From the NCBI GenBank assembly GCA_002269645.1, contig NIVC01001239.1, positions 184,764 through 248,763 on the forward strand: 64,000 nucleotides of DNA, written 5' to 3'. Positions 1 through 11,091 of this stretch are shown one piece after another; position 1 is the stretch's first letter, and each line of letters begins with the position of its first letter. A model generated the notes under the pieces. That model saw only the letters and a list, made by a program, of their open reading frames with translations, searched no databases and had not been told where the DNA came from. The position numbers and the translations under genes were made by a program. The stretch comes from Macrostomum lignano (taxonomy: Eukaryota).

Positions 1-85
1 TTGTCTCTGCAAATTGTGTGGGTTGAAGGATTTACTTATAACTAGCTATAAGCCAAGAAGAATAAATTCTTAGTTTAGTAGGGTA

Positions 86-897
86 TCCAATGAGTTGTAG
101 CCAATGGGGTAGAAGGGATCCAATGAGTTGTAGCCAATGGGGTAGAAGGGATCCAATGAGTTGTAGCCAATGGGGTAGAAGGGATCCAATGAGTTGTAGC
201 CAATGGGGTAGAAGGGATCCAATGAGTTGTAGCCAATGGGGTAGAAGGGATCCAATGAGTTGTAGCCTATGGGGTAGAAGGTATCCAATGAGTTGTAGCC
301 AATGGGGTAGAAGGTATCCAATGAGTTGTAGCCAATGGGGTAGAAGGGATCCAATGAGTTGTAGCCTATGGGGTAGAAGGTATCCAATGAGTTGTAGCCA
401 ATGGGGTAGAAGGTATCCAATGAGTTGTAGCCAATGGGGTAGAAGGGATCCAATGAGTTGTAGCCAATGGGGTAGAAGGGATCCAATGAGTTGTAGCCAA
501 TGGGGTTTATTTTTTTTTTTATTAGAGGCAGGGGGGTTGTGTGCACCCTGGCGCACTTTAAGCGACATAGGCACACAACTGGCGAGAGGCATTACTGCCC
601 ATTCCGCCAACTCCCCTGAGCAGGCACACAAGCGCGCGGATACGTACGCAGGCACACACTCACACAGGAGTGTACAGCGGCCCTAACTTTATTATCGTTA
701 GGCATGTACACTTCACTGCGCCTTGGGGGGTTGGCTCTCAAGGCCGTTAATTGCACAAGCAGAGCCAAGCCGAGATTCCAATTCAGCCCCAAATTAATGT
801 GACTGCACTTGGAATCGAGCCTGGGTCGCTGGCACACCAGAGCAGCTGCGCTACCGCTGGGCTTGGCCCTTAGCCAATGGGGTAGAAGAGATCCAAT
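86..897. repeat. 33-bp minisatellite (ATCCAATGAGTTGTAGCCAATGGGGTAGAAGGG)n, interrupted by a SINE
   Basis: About 13 near-identical units at 86-506, with a final unit resuming at 871-897 after the SINE. Explains ORFs 32..655, 70..576 and 90..686. Confidence 0.95.
507..870 (-). mobile_element. tRNA-derived SINE, full length, with TSD
   Basis: Minus-strand 5' head GCCCAGCGGTAGCGCAGC...GGCTCGATTCC (A-box and B-box like; B-box at 811-821). A-rich tail at 507-522. 13-bp duplication TAGCCAATGGGGT at 494-506 and 871-883. Near-identical copy at 21181-21540. Confidence 0.9.
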
Positions 898-1210
898 TTA
901 CACGCTCACCTATCTGCATAGTTGATGCGAGCCGTCAGTCGTTCTTTAGTAGACTGGAGTTTGCTTCTGAAGATGGTAAGCCCGAAAATTATCTGTACTA
1001 AAATATATATCTATACTTGTATGTTATTGCATAAGGTTTATTTATTACAAAGTAAAAAATCACTCACACTGCCTCACGCAGTTCGACAATTTCTCCATTC
1101 AATATGTCAACCAGTCGCTCAGTTTCCTTGAATGCCTTCAAATCTAAAAAATTGAAGCACCGCAAACTTCACATTGTCAACTATCAGTTTACTTCAGTAT
1201 TATTCTATAA

Positions 1211-2542
1211 TTATGCCAGCCCATTTTGATCCTCGCCTTCATCAGCAGCCGCAGCCTCCTCCAATCTTCTAGAGAGTCGCCGACGCGCCTCGGCTTCTGA
1301 CGCTGAAGTCCTGCGCCAGGCCTCGCGCTCCTCCGATGCGGCCTCCTCAGCTGCGGCTAGTAGCGCCTCAACCTGGCGCCTGGCGCGGATTTCGCGCTCC
1401 AACTGACTGGCGGACTCGGCGCGCAACAGCCCCAGTTCGGCCTGGAAGTTCGACTGCGACGCCAAAGAGGACTCGAGAGATTCAAGGGCGCCAACCACCA
1501 GGGGCATCAGGCCTCGGACTGCGTCTTCGTCATATCTGGTGGTGGGTTGTTCCGTAAGCTGTTGAGATGGTCAGTAGATTGGTTAGTTGGTCAGAGAGTT
1601 GGTCAGTAGGTTGATGGGATTGTCAGCGGTTCGCTCAGTAGGTTGGTGGATTGTCAGTGGTTTGGTCAGTAGGTTGGTGGGATTGTCAGTGGTTTGGTCA
1701 GTAGGTTGGTGGGATCGTCAGTGGTTTGGTCAGTAGGTTGGTGGATTGTCAGTGGTTTGGTCAGTAGGTTGGTGGATTGCCAGTGGTTTGGTCAGTAGGT
1801 TGGTGGATTGTCAGTGGTTTGGTCAGTAGGTTGGTGGATTGTCAGTGGTTTGGTCAGTAGGTTAGTGGATTGCCAGTGGTTTGGTCAGTAGGTTGGTGGA
1901 TTGCCAGTGGTTTGGTCAGTAGGTTGGTGGATTGTCAGTGGTTTGGTCAGTAGGTTGGTGGGATCGTCAGTGGTTTGGTCAGTAGGTTGGTGGGATCGTC
2001 AGTGGTTTGGTCAGTAGGTTGGTGGATTGTCAGTGGTTTGGTGGGTTGGTCAGTAGGTCGGTCAATAGATTGGTTAGTTGGTCAGAGGGTTGGTCAATGG
2101 GTTGGTAGGTTGTTCAGTAGATTGGTTATAGTTGGTCAGTGGGTTAGTGGGTTGGTCAGAGAGTTGATCAGAGGGCTTGTCAGTAGATTGGTCAGTGTGT
2201 TAGCCAGTAGGCTGGTTAGTGGATTGGTCAGCGTGTTAGCCAGTAAGCTGGTCAGTAGATTGGTCAGCCAAATAGTCAGCAAGTTGGTAGGGCAGTCAGT
2301 GGGTTGGTCAAGTAGGTGGTCAGTTTTTAATTTAATTGGATTATATGGTTTTTGATAGTTCAATACATTTTACTTATATTAACCACTAAGAAAAATAAAA
2401 GTGCATACCTCTGTACAACCCTTTCAAATTCAGCATAGATGCTAGTAGCCAAATCTTGAACACAGTCAGATAAGACAGTTGGACTTGATGAATTTTGTTG
2501 CTCTACTAAGATGTCTCCATTAGAAAATTGGTGTGCATACAT
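1211..2542 (-). CDS. JIP3/JIP4 (MAPK8IP3/SPAG9)-like RH1-domain protein, 2 exons (2542-2409, 1535-1211), about 152 aa
   Basis: The spliced product reads LSDCVQDLATSIYAEFERVVQRYDEDAVRGLMPLVVGALESLES, matching the JIP3 N-terminus ([44 protein letters not shown]). Donor AG|GTATGC at 2409 and acceptor ACCAG|A at 1535 are phase-compatible. TAA at 1211-1213. Confidence 0.8.
1560..2330. repeat. 31-bp minisatellite (GTCAGTGGTTTGGTCAGTAGGTTGGTGGATT)n with degenerate flanks, in the JIP-like intron
   Basis: Core array at about 1630-2040, decaying at both ends. Confidence 0.9.
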
Positions 2543-5310
2543 AATGTTTTAATATATATAAGCTGAAATTATAATGAAGAAAAGAAGCAATTTTAGCTTA
2601 GATTCAAAGTTGCTTTAAAACTGAACATATTCAATAATATTTCTATCTATAAGTTTCAGAAAATAGGTTTGTGGCAAATATCTCTTTAAAATATTGGTAT
2701 TAATATTAGTTATATGTATCATGGGTATTACCTACTACCTATATTACTTATTTCCTCCCTAGAAGCATTATTCTTTCTTATTTAAAAAATTCCATTAGTG
2801 CATACTTGAACTTTAAAATTATTCTCATTGCTTAGTTAATTATCTTTCTATACTAATGGAACATTGAAAAATACAAAATGGAAAGCAATTTTTATAGCTT
2901 CCTATTTAATGAATATTATTGCATTTGCATTTAGTAAATACTAATAAAAGACTTAAAAGCTTGATAATAATATAATAATATATGGGGGATATATTATATA
3001 TGTTCCATACCCTACATGGTTAGGTTAGGTTTTTGGGCATGCATATTGCAAATACTACACCCTATTACCTATCAAACTTTCATGACATTAAGTTGCTATG
3101 AAACATAAACAGAACATTTGAGGCCAATGCATTGCATGATGATTTACATATTACTTACACCCATTTTAAAATATGCCTAAACATTTTATTTCTATATTTA
3201 ATTATAAAATTTTCACCTGTTTCATTGGAATTATTTTTTTCTAGTACATTATGAAACATATGATAAGAGATAAAGGCTTTTCTTTTGATTGAATCGGTAA
3301 TCAGTATGATTCTATTTAACTTTGCAGTTCTCACTATTCTAAGTTCGTATAAAATAAGACAAAAGTTTCAATCCAAGTTTCATTAATAATATAATAATTT
3401 TACTATATAAGCAAAGGCAAAGGTGCATGAAGCGAGTTATTATTTCTCAGAAAGCTATAAAATATTGGCTAGTTTAAATTAATTCTCCCGATAATTACAC
3501 AAAAGCTTTAACAAAGTTCGTTTAAATTTTTTAAAGGTAATTATAAACTGACTTTAAACAGTTTGAAAAAAATTTTTAAACATAAAACATCCAACTAGCG
3601 CTTTTAATAAATAAAATAACCAAACGTCATTTGATAATCAAATCAAAAACATTTGAATGTTACTTTCTCTTCAAATACTTTCGGATGGAATAGTTGGACA
3701 CAGTACGTACAACTATATATCTTTAACAAAACCGCCCGTGTATTCCTTTTTTGTTAGCGGCTGTATTTCACTTCCCTGTAACCAATTTCGATCCACTCTT
3801 AATTATAAGTAGTCTAGCCCCTGTTTGCTGAGTATATACATGTACTGTTACATGTATGTACAAATACATGTACATTACATAGACACATTCACCCAGACTT
3901 ACTTTAAGTAGTCCCTGTGGCCAATGACTTCAGGTAAATACATTATTCACGCACTTTTAATAAATGAATCATTGATGACGATCATCGATTGAATGTATGA
4001 TCGAATACGCGTACATTTACAGTATACTAGCTATGTATGTATGGATTCTATACAATGAGGGAGGAGAGAGAGCGCCCGTTTGTTTTGATACGTTAGCCAT
4101 AATTTATAGAATTAATTGAACATGTACTCACACGGAAATATAAGAACTATCTGATACATTCATGCTAAATATACTGTATACACGCTCATGTATGTACATG
4201 TACATGTAGCAAATGAATGACATGTCTTGCTTTAAATGATGGTCATCGGCCACGCAGGCTATAGCGTGTCGATCCAGTGACACCCTTTCATATTTCTGAA
4301 GGTCTAGAATTGCTCCGCCTGGGAGAGAAGGCCAATGAACACCGAAGTCAGAGCTGATGCAGACGACACCTAACTAGCCGATGTGACGTGCGCTGATGAA
4401 ATTTGGAGACAATTGGCAAGGCCGCCCCGTCGGTATACATGTACATCGACGGCTGACGTCATACGTCGGTGCAAAGTAAAAAGTACATATTTCCAGCGAC
4501 GCAAATAGACTTCGGAACGTTTAGACGATGTCGCCGACCTCGAATTAATGTACGGGCGCAAGGGGCAGTGCTGATTGGCGCATAATGGAGTGGTGAATAC
4601 ACTGTAGAGCTTTATGGGGAAATGCGACCTTCTGGCAGAATTATTTGATATCTCGACGGCCCGGGGGGACTTGAATTCTTGTTTGGAGAATGTGCGCATG
4701 CGCAAAAAAGTCAATTAGCCCCGTGTTCATGGATTTCGTGTGCCCGAGTTGCTCCGATCCATTCCGGCGTAGCAAAGCATTTGTCAGGGCCGGGGGGGGA
4801 GGAGAAAACACAAGCTGCCATCTACAGTGTGCAATTTCAGCTTTGTTTAGTTCTGATAGATATATGCATATATTTTGATTGGAGCCTCAGCAATTTAAGT
4901 TTTGTACACACTTGAATATTATAGCTACACGGAAAACTATTTATACTAAAATACTTGGATTATATCTGTAGTTGAAATTTGTAATACATGTACCAGAATT
5001 GCCATGAAAAATCGGCCGAAAATTCTTTATTTAGTCGCGAACCGACAAAGCTTAAATTTGTGTAGTGAATAATTATACGCAGATTTCAATTCTGAAGCGC
5101 ATTCGTACGCGTTGGACCAAACATTCGATTCGTGTCAAGTTTATTAGCCGCAAGTTTATTTTTGTACACACGTGTAAAGTAATTCTGTATATATTTACTA
5201 ACCACATGTGTTGTGCCACACTACAAATCGCACAGTCCGAGCGCAACTCAGACGGAACTAGTAATCAGGCTTACGGAGTCTGGAAACCATCAGCTAAAAA
5301 GTAGGACAGC

Positions 5311-6834
5311 ATGAGCATCAACGAGTCGAGATTCTGCAGCTTTCGGTACTGCAACAGATTCGTTAAGATGACAGAAATTAGCCAAGGCATCCGCCTCTGT
5401 CCGGTTCATTTTAATAAAGAAAAAGTTAACGTAGATGTGCGTAAAAACGGCCTGTTGAAGAGGTTGCGTTCTCTATTGGACTCCAGTGAAAACGAGAAGA
5501 CGATACAGGCTCGACAGAGTGCCCTGGCGGCCGAAGTCAAAGAGGTCAATGAAACATTCGACGCGCTAGAAGAGACGCTTCAGCGGTGGAGGCATCGGAT
5601 AGTCAGCAGGCTGCAGACGGCGCACGATTCAATCAGCGACAGATCCAGCGATGCCATCAAAGCTGAGCAGTACGAACGGGACCTGTCGAAGGCTAGCGAG
5701 GTCGGTGACATAAAGAAGGTAATGGAGCTGACTGGCATAACTGAACTGTGGCTGGAAGAGGCTACGGAAGCCCGTGCGAAGTTTTACGACAAGCACAGTT
5801 TGGTCGAACGGTCGGTAGGCGACGTATCCACCTGGGTGCAACAGTTAAGCTTCATCATCGACAGGCACATGGACGGTGTAATTAGCGAGTTCTGGCTTGA
5901 TGACAGTGATTCGAAGTCAGTTTGCGAGTCGATAGCAGTAATTGACGATCTTGATGACGAGCCCTGCCACCTGGCGTGCTGCTCAAACACCGCTGGATTT
6001 GGTAGTGACCAGTGGGGTCGAATAGTGAAAGCTGACACGTCGAACTCGGGAATTGTCCCTCTGCCTCAGCCGTGCATATTTGTATCATTCGACTGGAAGT
6101 CGGTGGATTACCTATTGGCGATGTCCTTGGACGGAACGGCAAGGCTAAAGTACTATACAGAGCTTGATAACAATGATCAATCCATCAGCGGATTGCACTG
6201 CGACAATGACAGGCAGCTACTGTTTGTGGCTCAAATCTTGACAGTCACAGTGACTGACCTAAGCGGCGAAGTGAAGCACGTGATCACCGAAGACACGCTG
6301 AGTCAGGAAACCGTGTTCATCAGCGCTATTGATGGAAATGCTACTCACTTGTACCTGTTCAATCAAGAGTCGAAGTGTATTCTGGTAGTTGGCAAGAATC
6401 TTAGCCATCAGTTGGAGCGAATGATCAGCATCGGCTCACTGATAAAAGGCTGTGTAAGCGAGATATTATTGCACGAAAAAGAAGTGCTACTGGTTGACAG
6501 TTCAGTGGGTAAATTGCACGAAATCAGTAGCCTCAGTGGTGAGATAATTAATAGCTTTCCTAAAACCGAGGAAAACTTCAGTGCGCCATGTCACGCTACG
6601 ATCGACATTCAAGGCAGAATATTCGTAGCGGAGACGGAGAGTCACACTGTTCGCGTGTTCTCCAACAGCGGCGACCCGTTGCAAACACTTGGCTCCCCTG
6701 GCCAGGCGGGTGACGACGAAAGCACGCTCCGCTGCCCGGATGCGCTGGCTGCGATTGACACCGGGGACAAAGGACACTTCCTGATTGTTGCCGACAGTGG
6801 AAATTTCCGGCTTCGAGTGTTTTCTTTGCTGTAA
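5311..6834 (+). CDS. Intronless TRIM/NHL-like protein (Cys/His N-terminal motif, coiled coil, NHL beta-propeller; no RING), 507 aa
   Basis: ATG-to-TAA ORF. N-terminal C-x4-C-x13-C-x2-H, a helical coiled-coil region, and C-terminal NHL-type blades (PCHATIDIQGRIFVAETESHTVRVF; LIVADSGNFRLRVF). Paralog at 7883-9478. Confidence 0.8.
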   Translation: MSINESRFCSFRYCNRFVKMTEISQGIRLCPVHFNKEKVNVDVRKNGLLKRLRSLLDSSENEKTIQARQSALAAEVKEVNETFDALEETLQRWRHRIVSRLQTAHDSISDRSSDAIKAEQYERDLSKASEVGDIKKVMELTGITELWLEEATEARAKFYDKHSLVERSVGDVSTWVQQLSFIIDRHMDGVISEFWLDDSDSKSVCESIAVIDDLDDEPCHLACCSNTAGFGSDQWGRIVKADTSNSGIVPLPQPCIFVSFDWKSVDYLLAMSLDGTARLKYYTELDNNDQSISGLHCDNDRQLLFVAQILTVTVTDLSGEVKHVITEDTLSQETVFISAIDGNATHLYLFNQESKCILVVGKNLSHQLERMISIGSLIKGCVSEILLHEKEVLLVDSSVGKLHEISSLSGEIINSFPKTEENFSAPCHATIDIQGRIFVAETESHTVRVFSNSGDPLQTLGSPGQAGDDESTLRCPDALAAIDTGDKGHFLIVADSGNFRLRVFSLL

Positions 6835-6839
6835 TGACA

Positions 6840-7018
6840 CACGGGCGTAGCTGGGGGGAGGGGGGGCACAGGCCGGACAGAATCATGGCACCACCCCGCT
6901 GACTTGGCGCCACTGTTCCCAAGTTTTAGCAGTGCCCCGGACAGACTTTGGCGCCTTCCTTACGATGGGGCTTCTGGTACTGCCATCTCCTCAATAAAAT
7001 ATGCTACGTCAGACACTG
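6840..7018. mobile_element. Small GGCGTAGC...GCTACG inverted-end element (MITE-like)
   Basis: Left end CACGGGCGTAGC and right end GCTACGTCAGACACTG. Similar ends occur at 53104-53212. No TSD recognised. Confidence 0.4.
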
Positions 7019-7882
7019 TGCAATTAAAAACTGAACCTAAGCAAAAACCCTAATTTCTATCTATGGTAAACAAATAATTTACCTTGTTACCTGCATTCAT
7101 AAATTACATGGCGTCAAAAATTTCAATTGTTCATATAAAAAAACCGATACAATATACGCGCATACTTAGAAAAGTGAGAATTTATATCAATTCTAATAAT
7201 ACTTTAGTCAGTGTAGCTCGAGACGTTTATCACGATTTCGACGATGTAAAACTTCGAACTGGCTGCGCCTAATCATAAACATCCGGTCTGTCTTACAAAG
7301 TTAATTAGAAATAGTTTATTAGAAATGTGATAATTCTAATACTACTGTTATCCAATCACAAATTACCGGTAGGTAAAGGAAAGAAGCTAGCTTGTAATGG
7401 GTAGCTCGCAAGAGAAACATATTTTTTAAGTAAATAAAGTTGAATAAACATTACAAAATAGTGAAAGTGCAGAAATATATTTAATTGGTTGTTTATTCTT
7501 TGTTTTTTTTAAATTTTAAATAAATAAATAAAATATTTTGACATTCCTCAATTCAGTATAGTAAGATCTACAGTAAGAAGTTCTGTGAATCAGTTTGGCA
7601 ATATTATAAAAATGGATCGTGTCCTAAACTATATTTAAAAAAAATCGAACAAACAGTTATCGCTATATTGGCAAAGTTTAAAACCAGTTTGTAAAAATTA
7701 CTGTACACTTTTAATTCCTATTTTAATACTGTACACCATGCTTTAAAACCTTGGTCCAAAAAGCCATAAAGTTCAAAATCGAGCAGTTAGCAGTCTGAGC
7801 ATCCTGATTAGATGGCATAGAACCCGCAAAAATGGAAGATCGACTTATCAACGTTGCACTCGCAGTAGCAAAAAATCTTCAG

Positions 7883-9478
7883 TTATATAAAGTAAAAAAC
7901 AAGTAGTGAATTGTCGCGTTCATTGGCGACAACCAGACTGCTAGTAGCATCTTCAGCTTCAATCACAGCCAAGCCGAATCGATACATATCGTCTGACGGT
8001 TGTAGTTTAGCCACAATCAACGTTTGGATTAGCGATCCATTCCAACAAGATAAGACTCGCACGAATTGACCGCCGTTATCGGAGACGTACATTAAGCCTC
8101 TGCTATCCACGACTACTTCCCCAGGAAGAACTAGCTCTAGGTTATCATACAAGTCTGGATACGCAGCCAGAACTTGGCCGGTGATGGTGCACACCCGATG
8201 AATAAGACCGCTACGAAAGTTTAACAACAGCAGCTTGTTGTCATGCAGACAGAGCTCATCAAGACCATCGACATCAAAGCCTTTCACATCAATATTAAAC
8301 TCCAGCTTACCAGAGTTCTTACTGATTACCAGAACATTACCCAAGGCCCGGTTCAATGCAAAAACTTTGTCTAAACTCCCAGCAATGGCCGTGATTCGCA
8401 AATTGCTCTGGTTGAGAGTGTCGCCGGTGATAACTCGCCGCACTGCTCCGCCAAGATTGGTCACGGTTATAACCAGGAATTGAGCTATAAATAACATCTG
8501 CCTATCATTGTCGCAGTGGAGTCCGCTGATCCATTCATCCCAGTCCAAGTCAGTGTAGTACTTCACTCTCACAGCTCCATCGAGTGATGTTACCAACAAA
8601 TGATCGGCGGTCTTATTTTGAAAAGAAACGAAAAGACACGGCTGAGGCAGAGGAGTCAGTTTCGAAGTTGACGACTCACAGGGTGCGACATTACCAGTTG
8701 AATCATAACCGAACCCGGAAGTGTTGCAGCAGGCAGTCAAGTGACACGGACGATTCTCAAGTCCGTCTATCGTTGCCGATGCTTCCGGAAGACAAACTAG
8801 CGACGAATATACCGCCTCACTACCATCAGTAGTCTCGTCTAACCAACACCGTTTAGTTACGTCATCCATGTGTTTGTCAATGATGTAGTTCAACTGTTTA
8901 ACACCACAGGATGCGTCTCCCACTGATCGAGCTTTCACATCGGCACTCAGACCGCGCCTCGCCGAGCCCTGTCGACTGTGAAGCTTTACACGAGCTTCGG
9001 TAAACTGCTCAAGCCGCTCGTTAGCATCCTCCAGCCAGAGCTCAGCCGAAGAAGTGAGATCCATCACTTTTCTCATGTCATTGGCTTCGCAAGCATTTGA
9101 TATGTCTTTCTCGCACTGCTCAGCCTCGGAAGCGTCATTAAGCCTATCAGACACCGAATCGTGCGCCGCCTGCACTCGACACAGAATCCGCTCCCTACAG
9201 CGCTGCAGCTTCTCCTGAAGCGCATCAAACTCGTCATTCACATCGTTAATCTCAGCGGCTAGAGCGCTCTGCTCAACTCGCAGCAGCGACCTGTCAGACG
9301 AGTCTCCAATAAGACGCAACATTTGCACCAATTCATCTTTTCGTTGCGTTAACTTAGCAAGATCTCGCTGCATGTGCAGCTGGCACAGTTGCAGTCCAGA
9401 CAGGGGACTTCGGTCGCTAGCTGGAGAACGGCAGGCTCTGGAGCTGCAGACTGCATTCGGTTCTTCCGTTGTTGACAT
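7883..9478 (-). CDS. Intronless TRIM/NHL-like protein, convergent paralog of 5311-6834, 531 aa
   Basis: Aligns end to end with the + strand ORF (e.g. AHDSVSDR/AHDSISDR, ELWLEDA/ELWLEEA, PLPQPCLFVSF/PLPQPCIFVSF, ISGLHCDNDRQ identical). Same N-terminal C-x4-C-x13-C-x2-H motif. Confidence 0.8.
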   Translation of the reverse strand: MSTTEEPNAVCSSRACRSPASDRSPLSGLQLCQLHMQRDLAKLTQRKDELVQMLRLIGDSSDRSLLRVEQSALAAEINDVNDEFDALQEKLQRCRERILCRVQAAHDSVSDRLNDASEAEQCEKDISNACEANDMRKVMDLTSSAELWLEDANERLEQFTEARVKLHSRQGSARRGLSADVKARSVGDASCGVKQLNYIIDKHMDDVTKRCWLDETTDGSEAVYSSLVCLPEASATIDGLENRPCHLTACCNTSGFGYDSTGNVAPCESSTSKLTPLPQPCLFVSFQNKTADHLLVTSLDGAVRVKYYTDLDWDEWISGLHCDNDRQMLFIAQFLVITVTNLGGAVRRVITGDTLNQSNLRITAIAGSLDKVFALNRALGNVLVISKNSGKLEFNIDVKGFDVDGLDELCLHDNKLLLLNFRSGLIHRVCTITGQVLAAYPDLYDNLELVLPGEVVVDSRGLMYVSDNGGQFVRVLSCWNGSLIQTLIVAKLQPSDDMYRFGLAVIEAEDATSSLVVANERDNSLLVFYFI

Positions 9479-10135
9479 CGCTAATTTTCCTCTATGACTT
9501 TATTAGTGCCTGAAAAGTGTTTGTAAAGGCAATCAATTTAGGTAAAGCAACCTACGCGTGTTTGCAATTCACTAGCAAATTTTCTTAGACCCCTGTAGAA
9601 TAAAAGCAAATAAATATTTACGCCTTCAGTGGCATCGTTTCGCTGGCACGGATTGAACCAAGAGTATTGGTGCCAGAGTCAGGTGATTCTATGATGAATC
9701 ATTATGAGTACTAATTTCGAATTGAGCACAGCTCATCCAAAAATATAAGGCCATTGGTGTTAGTTATAACACATGCATGCCTCTAATAATACACGAATTA
9801 CACGATCGGTTTTATAATGACACAACAAATCAGTGCCTAAATAATAGGCATATTTTTGTGTATTTATTAATTCAAAATGTGAAACCAAGAGTTTATGAGG
9901 GACTTATAGATAAACAATAACAAAAAACGTGGGTAATAAATGTTAGATTTTTGTAAAATATTTGACTACAACAGATATAATTAATCGAAATTTTGTCATT
10001 GAATTTCGGTCGTGAACATCTGTTTACAACTGTTATTGCAAATGAAATTTCTAATGTGATCCTTAAAACTCAGATATAAAATTAATGATTGCCACTATTC
10101 TTCCTGGTACTTTTAGCAATTTTTGTTTTCTACAG

Positions 10136-10900
10136 CACGGGGTCGGCAAACTCCGGCCCGCCGGTCGAATGCGGACTTCTAAAGCCTCTCTATCCGGCCC
10201 TTGGGTCCTTTGAAAATTCACAATAGCAATCCAGCCCGCTCAAGTTTGCGTCTCTTTTCAGCTTTCCCCCTCCTCTTTTCTCTCTTCTCACTTCTCTCCT
10301 TTCTCCTCTCTCTTATCAACTCTCTCTTCTCCTCTCCCTTCCCTTTTCTTCCCCCTCCTCTTTTTCTCTCTTCTCACTTCTCTCCTTTCTCCTCTATCTT
10401 CTCCTCTCCCTTCTCCCATTTCTCCTCTCCCTTCTCCCCTTTCTCCTCTCCCTTCTCCCCTTTCTCCTCTCCCTTCTTCCCTTTCTCTTCGCCCTTCTCT
10501 CTTCTCCCTACTCCTTTCTCCCCTTTTTTCCTCTCCTTTCTCCCCTCCTCTCCCTTCTCCCCTTTTCTCCTCTCCCTTCTCCCCTTTTCTCCTCTCCCTT
10601 CTCCCCTTTTCTCCTCTCCCTTCTCCCCTTTTCTCCTCTCCCTTCTCCCCTTTTCTCCTCTCCCTTCTCCCCTTTTCTCCTCTCCCTTCTCCCCTTTTCT
10701 CCTCTCCCTTCTCCCCTTTTCTCCTCTCCCTTCTCCCCTTTTCTCCTCTCCCTTCTCCCATCTCCCTTCTTCCCTCTACTCTCTCTTTTTCTTCGTTCAA
10801 CTTTCTACTGTCCCATTTCGTCTCTCCTTTATTTCCTCGCTTCTCCTTTCTCCCTTCTCTCTTCCCTCTCCTCTAACCCGGATTCATTCGCTAGATTCTC
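10136..10900 (+). mobile_element. hAT/Charlie-like terminus followed by a ~650-bp CT-rich tract
   Basis: GGGGTCGGCAAACTCCGGCCC resembles Charlie-type hAT ends. The next ~100 bp are homologous to the reverse complement of 40020-40109. Polypyrimidine tract at 10245-10900. No second TIR found. Confidence 0.55.
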
Positions 10901-11091
10901 TATTTTGACGGTCGTAAAGTAACAATGGCGTACGTTTCACATGACAAAAATAGGATTTTAGTAAGTATATAGGACGTTAGGTCCATGAAACGGTTTCATC
11001 ACCCACTCACATAGCATTTGCTATAATTAGCTATTAACATGAAATTAAACAAAGCAAGATTCTATCAGGTTAGCTAATTCACAAGCAAAGG

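Noticed and set aside
811-870. Genuine tRNA gene
   Set aside because: It is the head of a repeated SINE with a tail and TSD, and no complete cloverleaf is evident.
10201-10908. Phe/Ser/Pro-rich and Glu/Gly/Arg-rich ORFs (also 39266-40048)
   Set aside because: These are translations of CT/GA low-complexity tracts.
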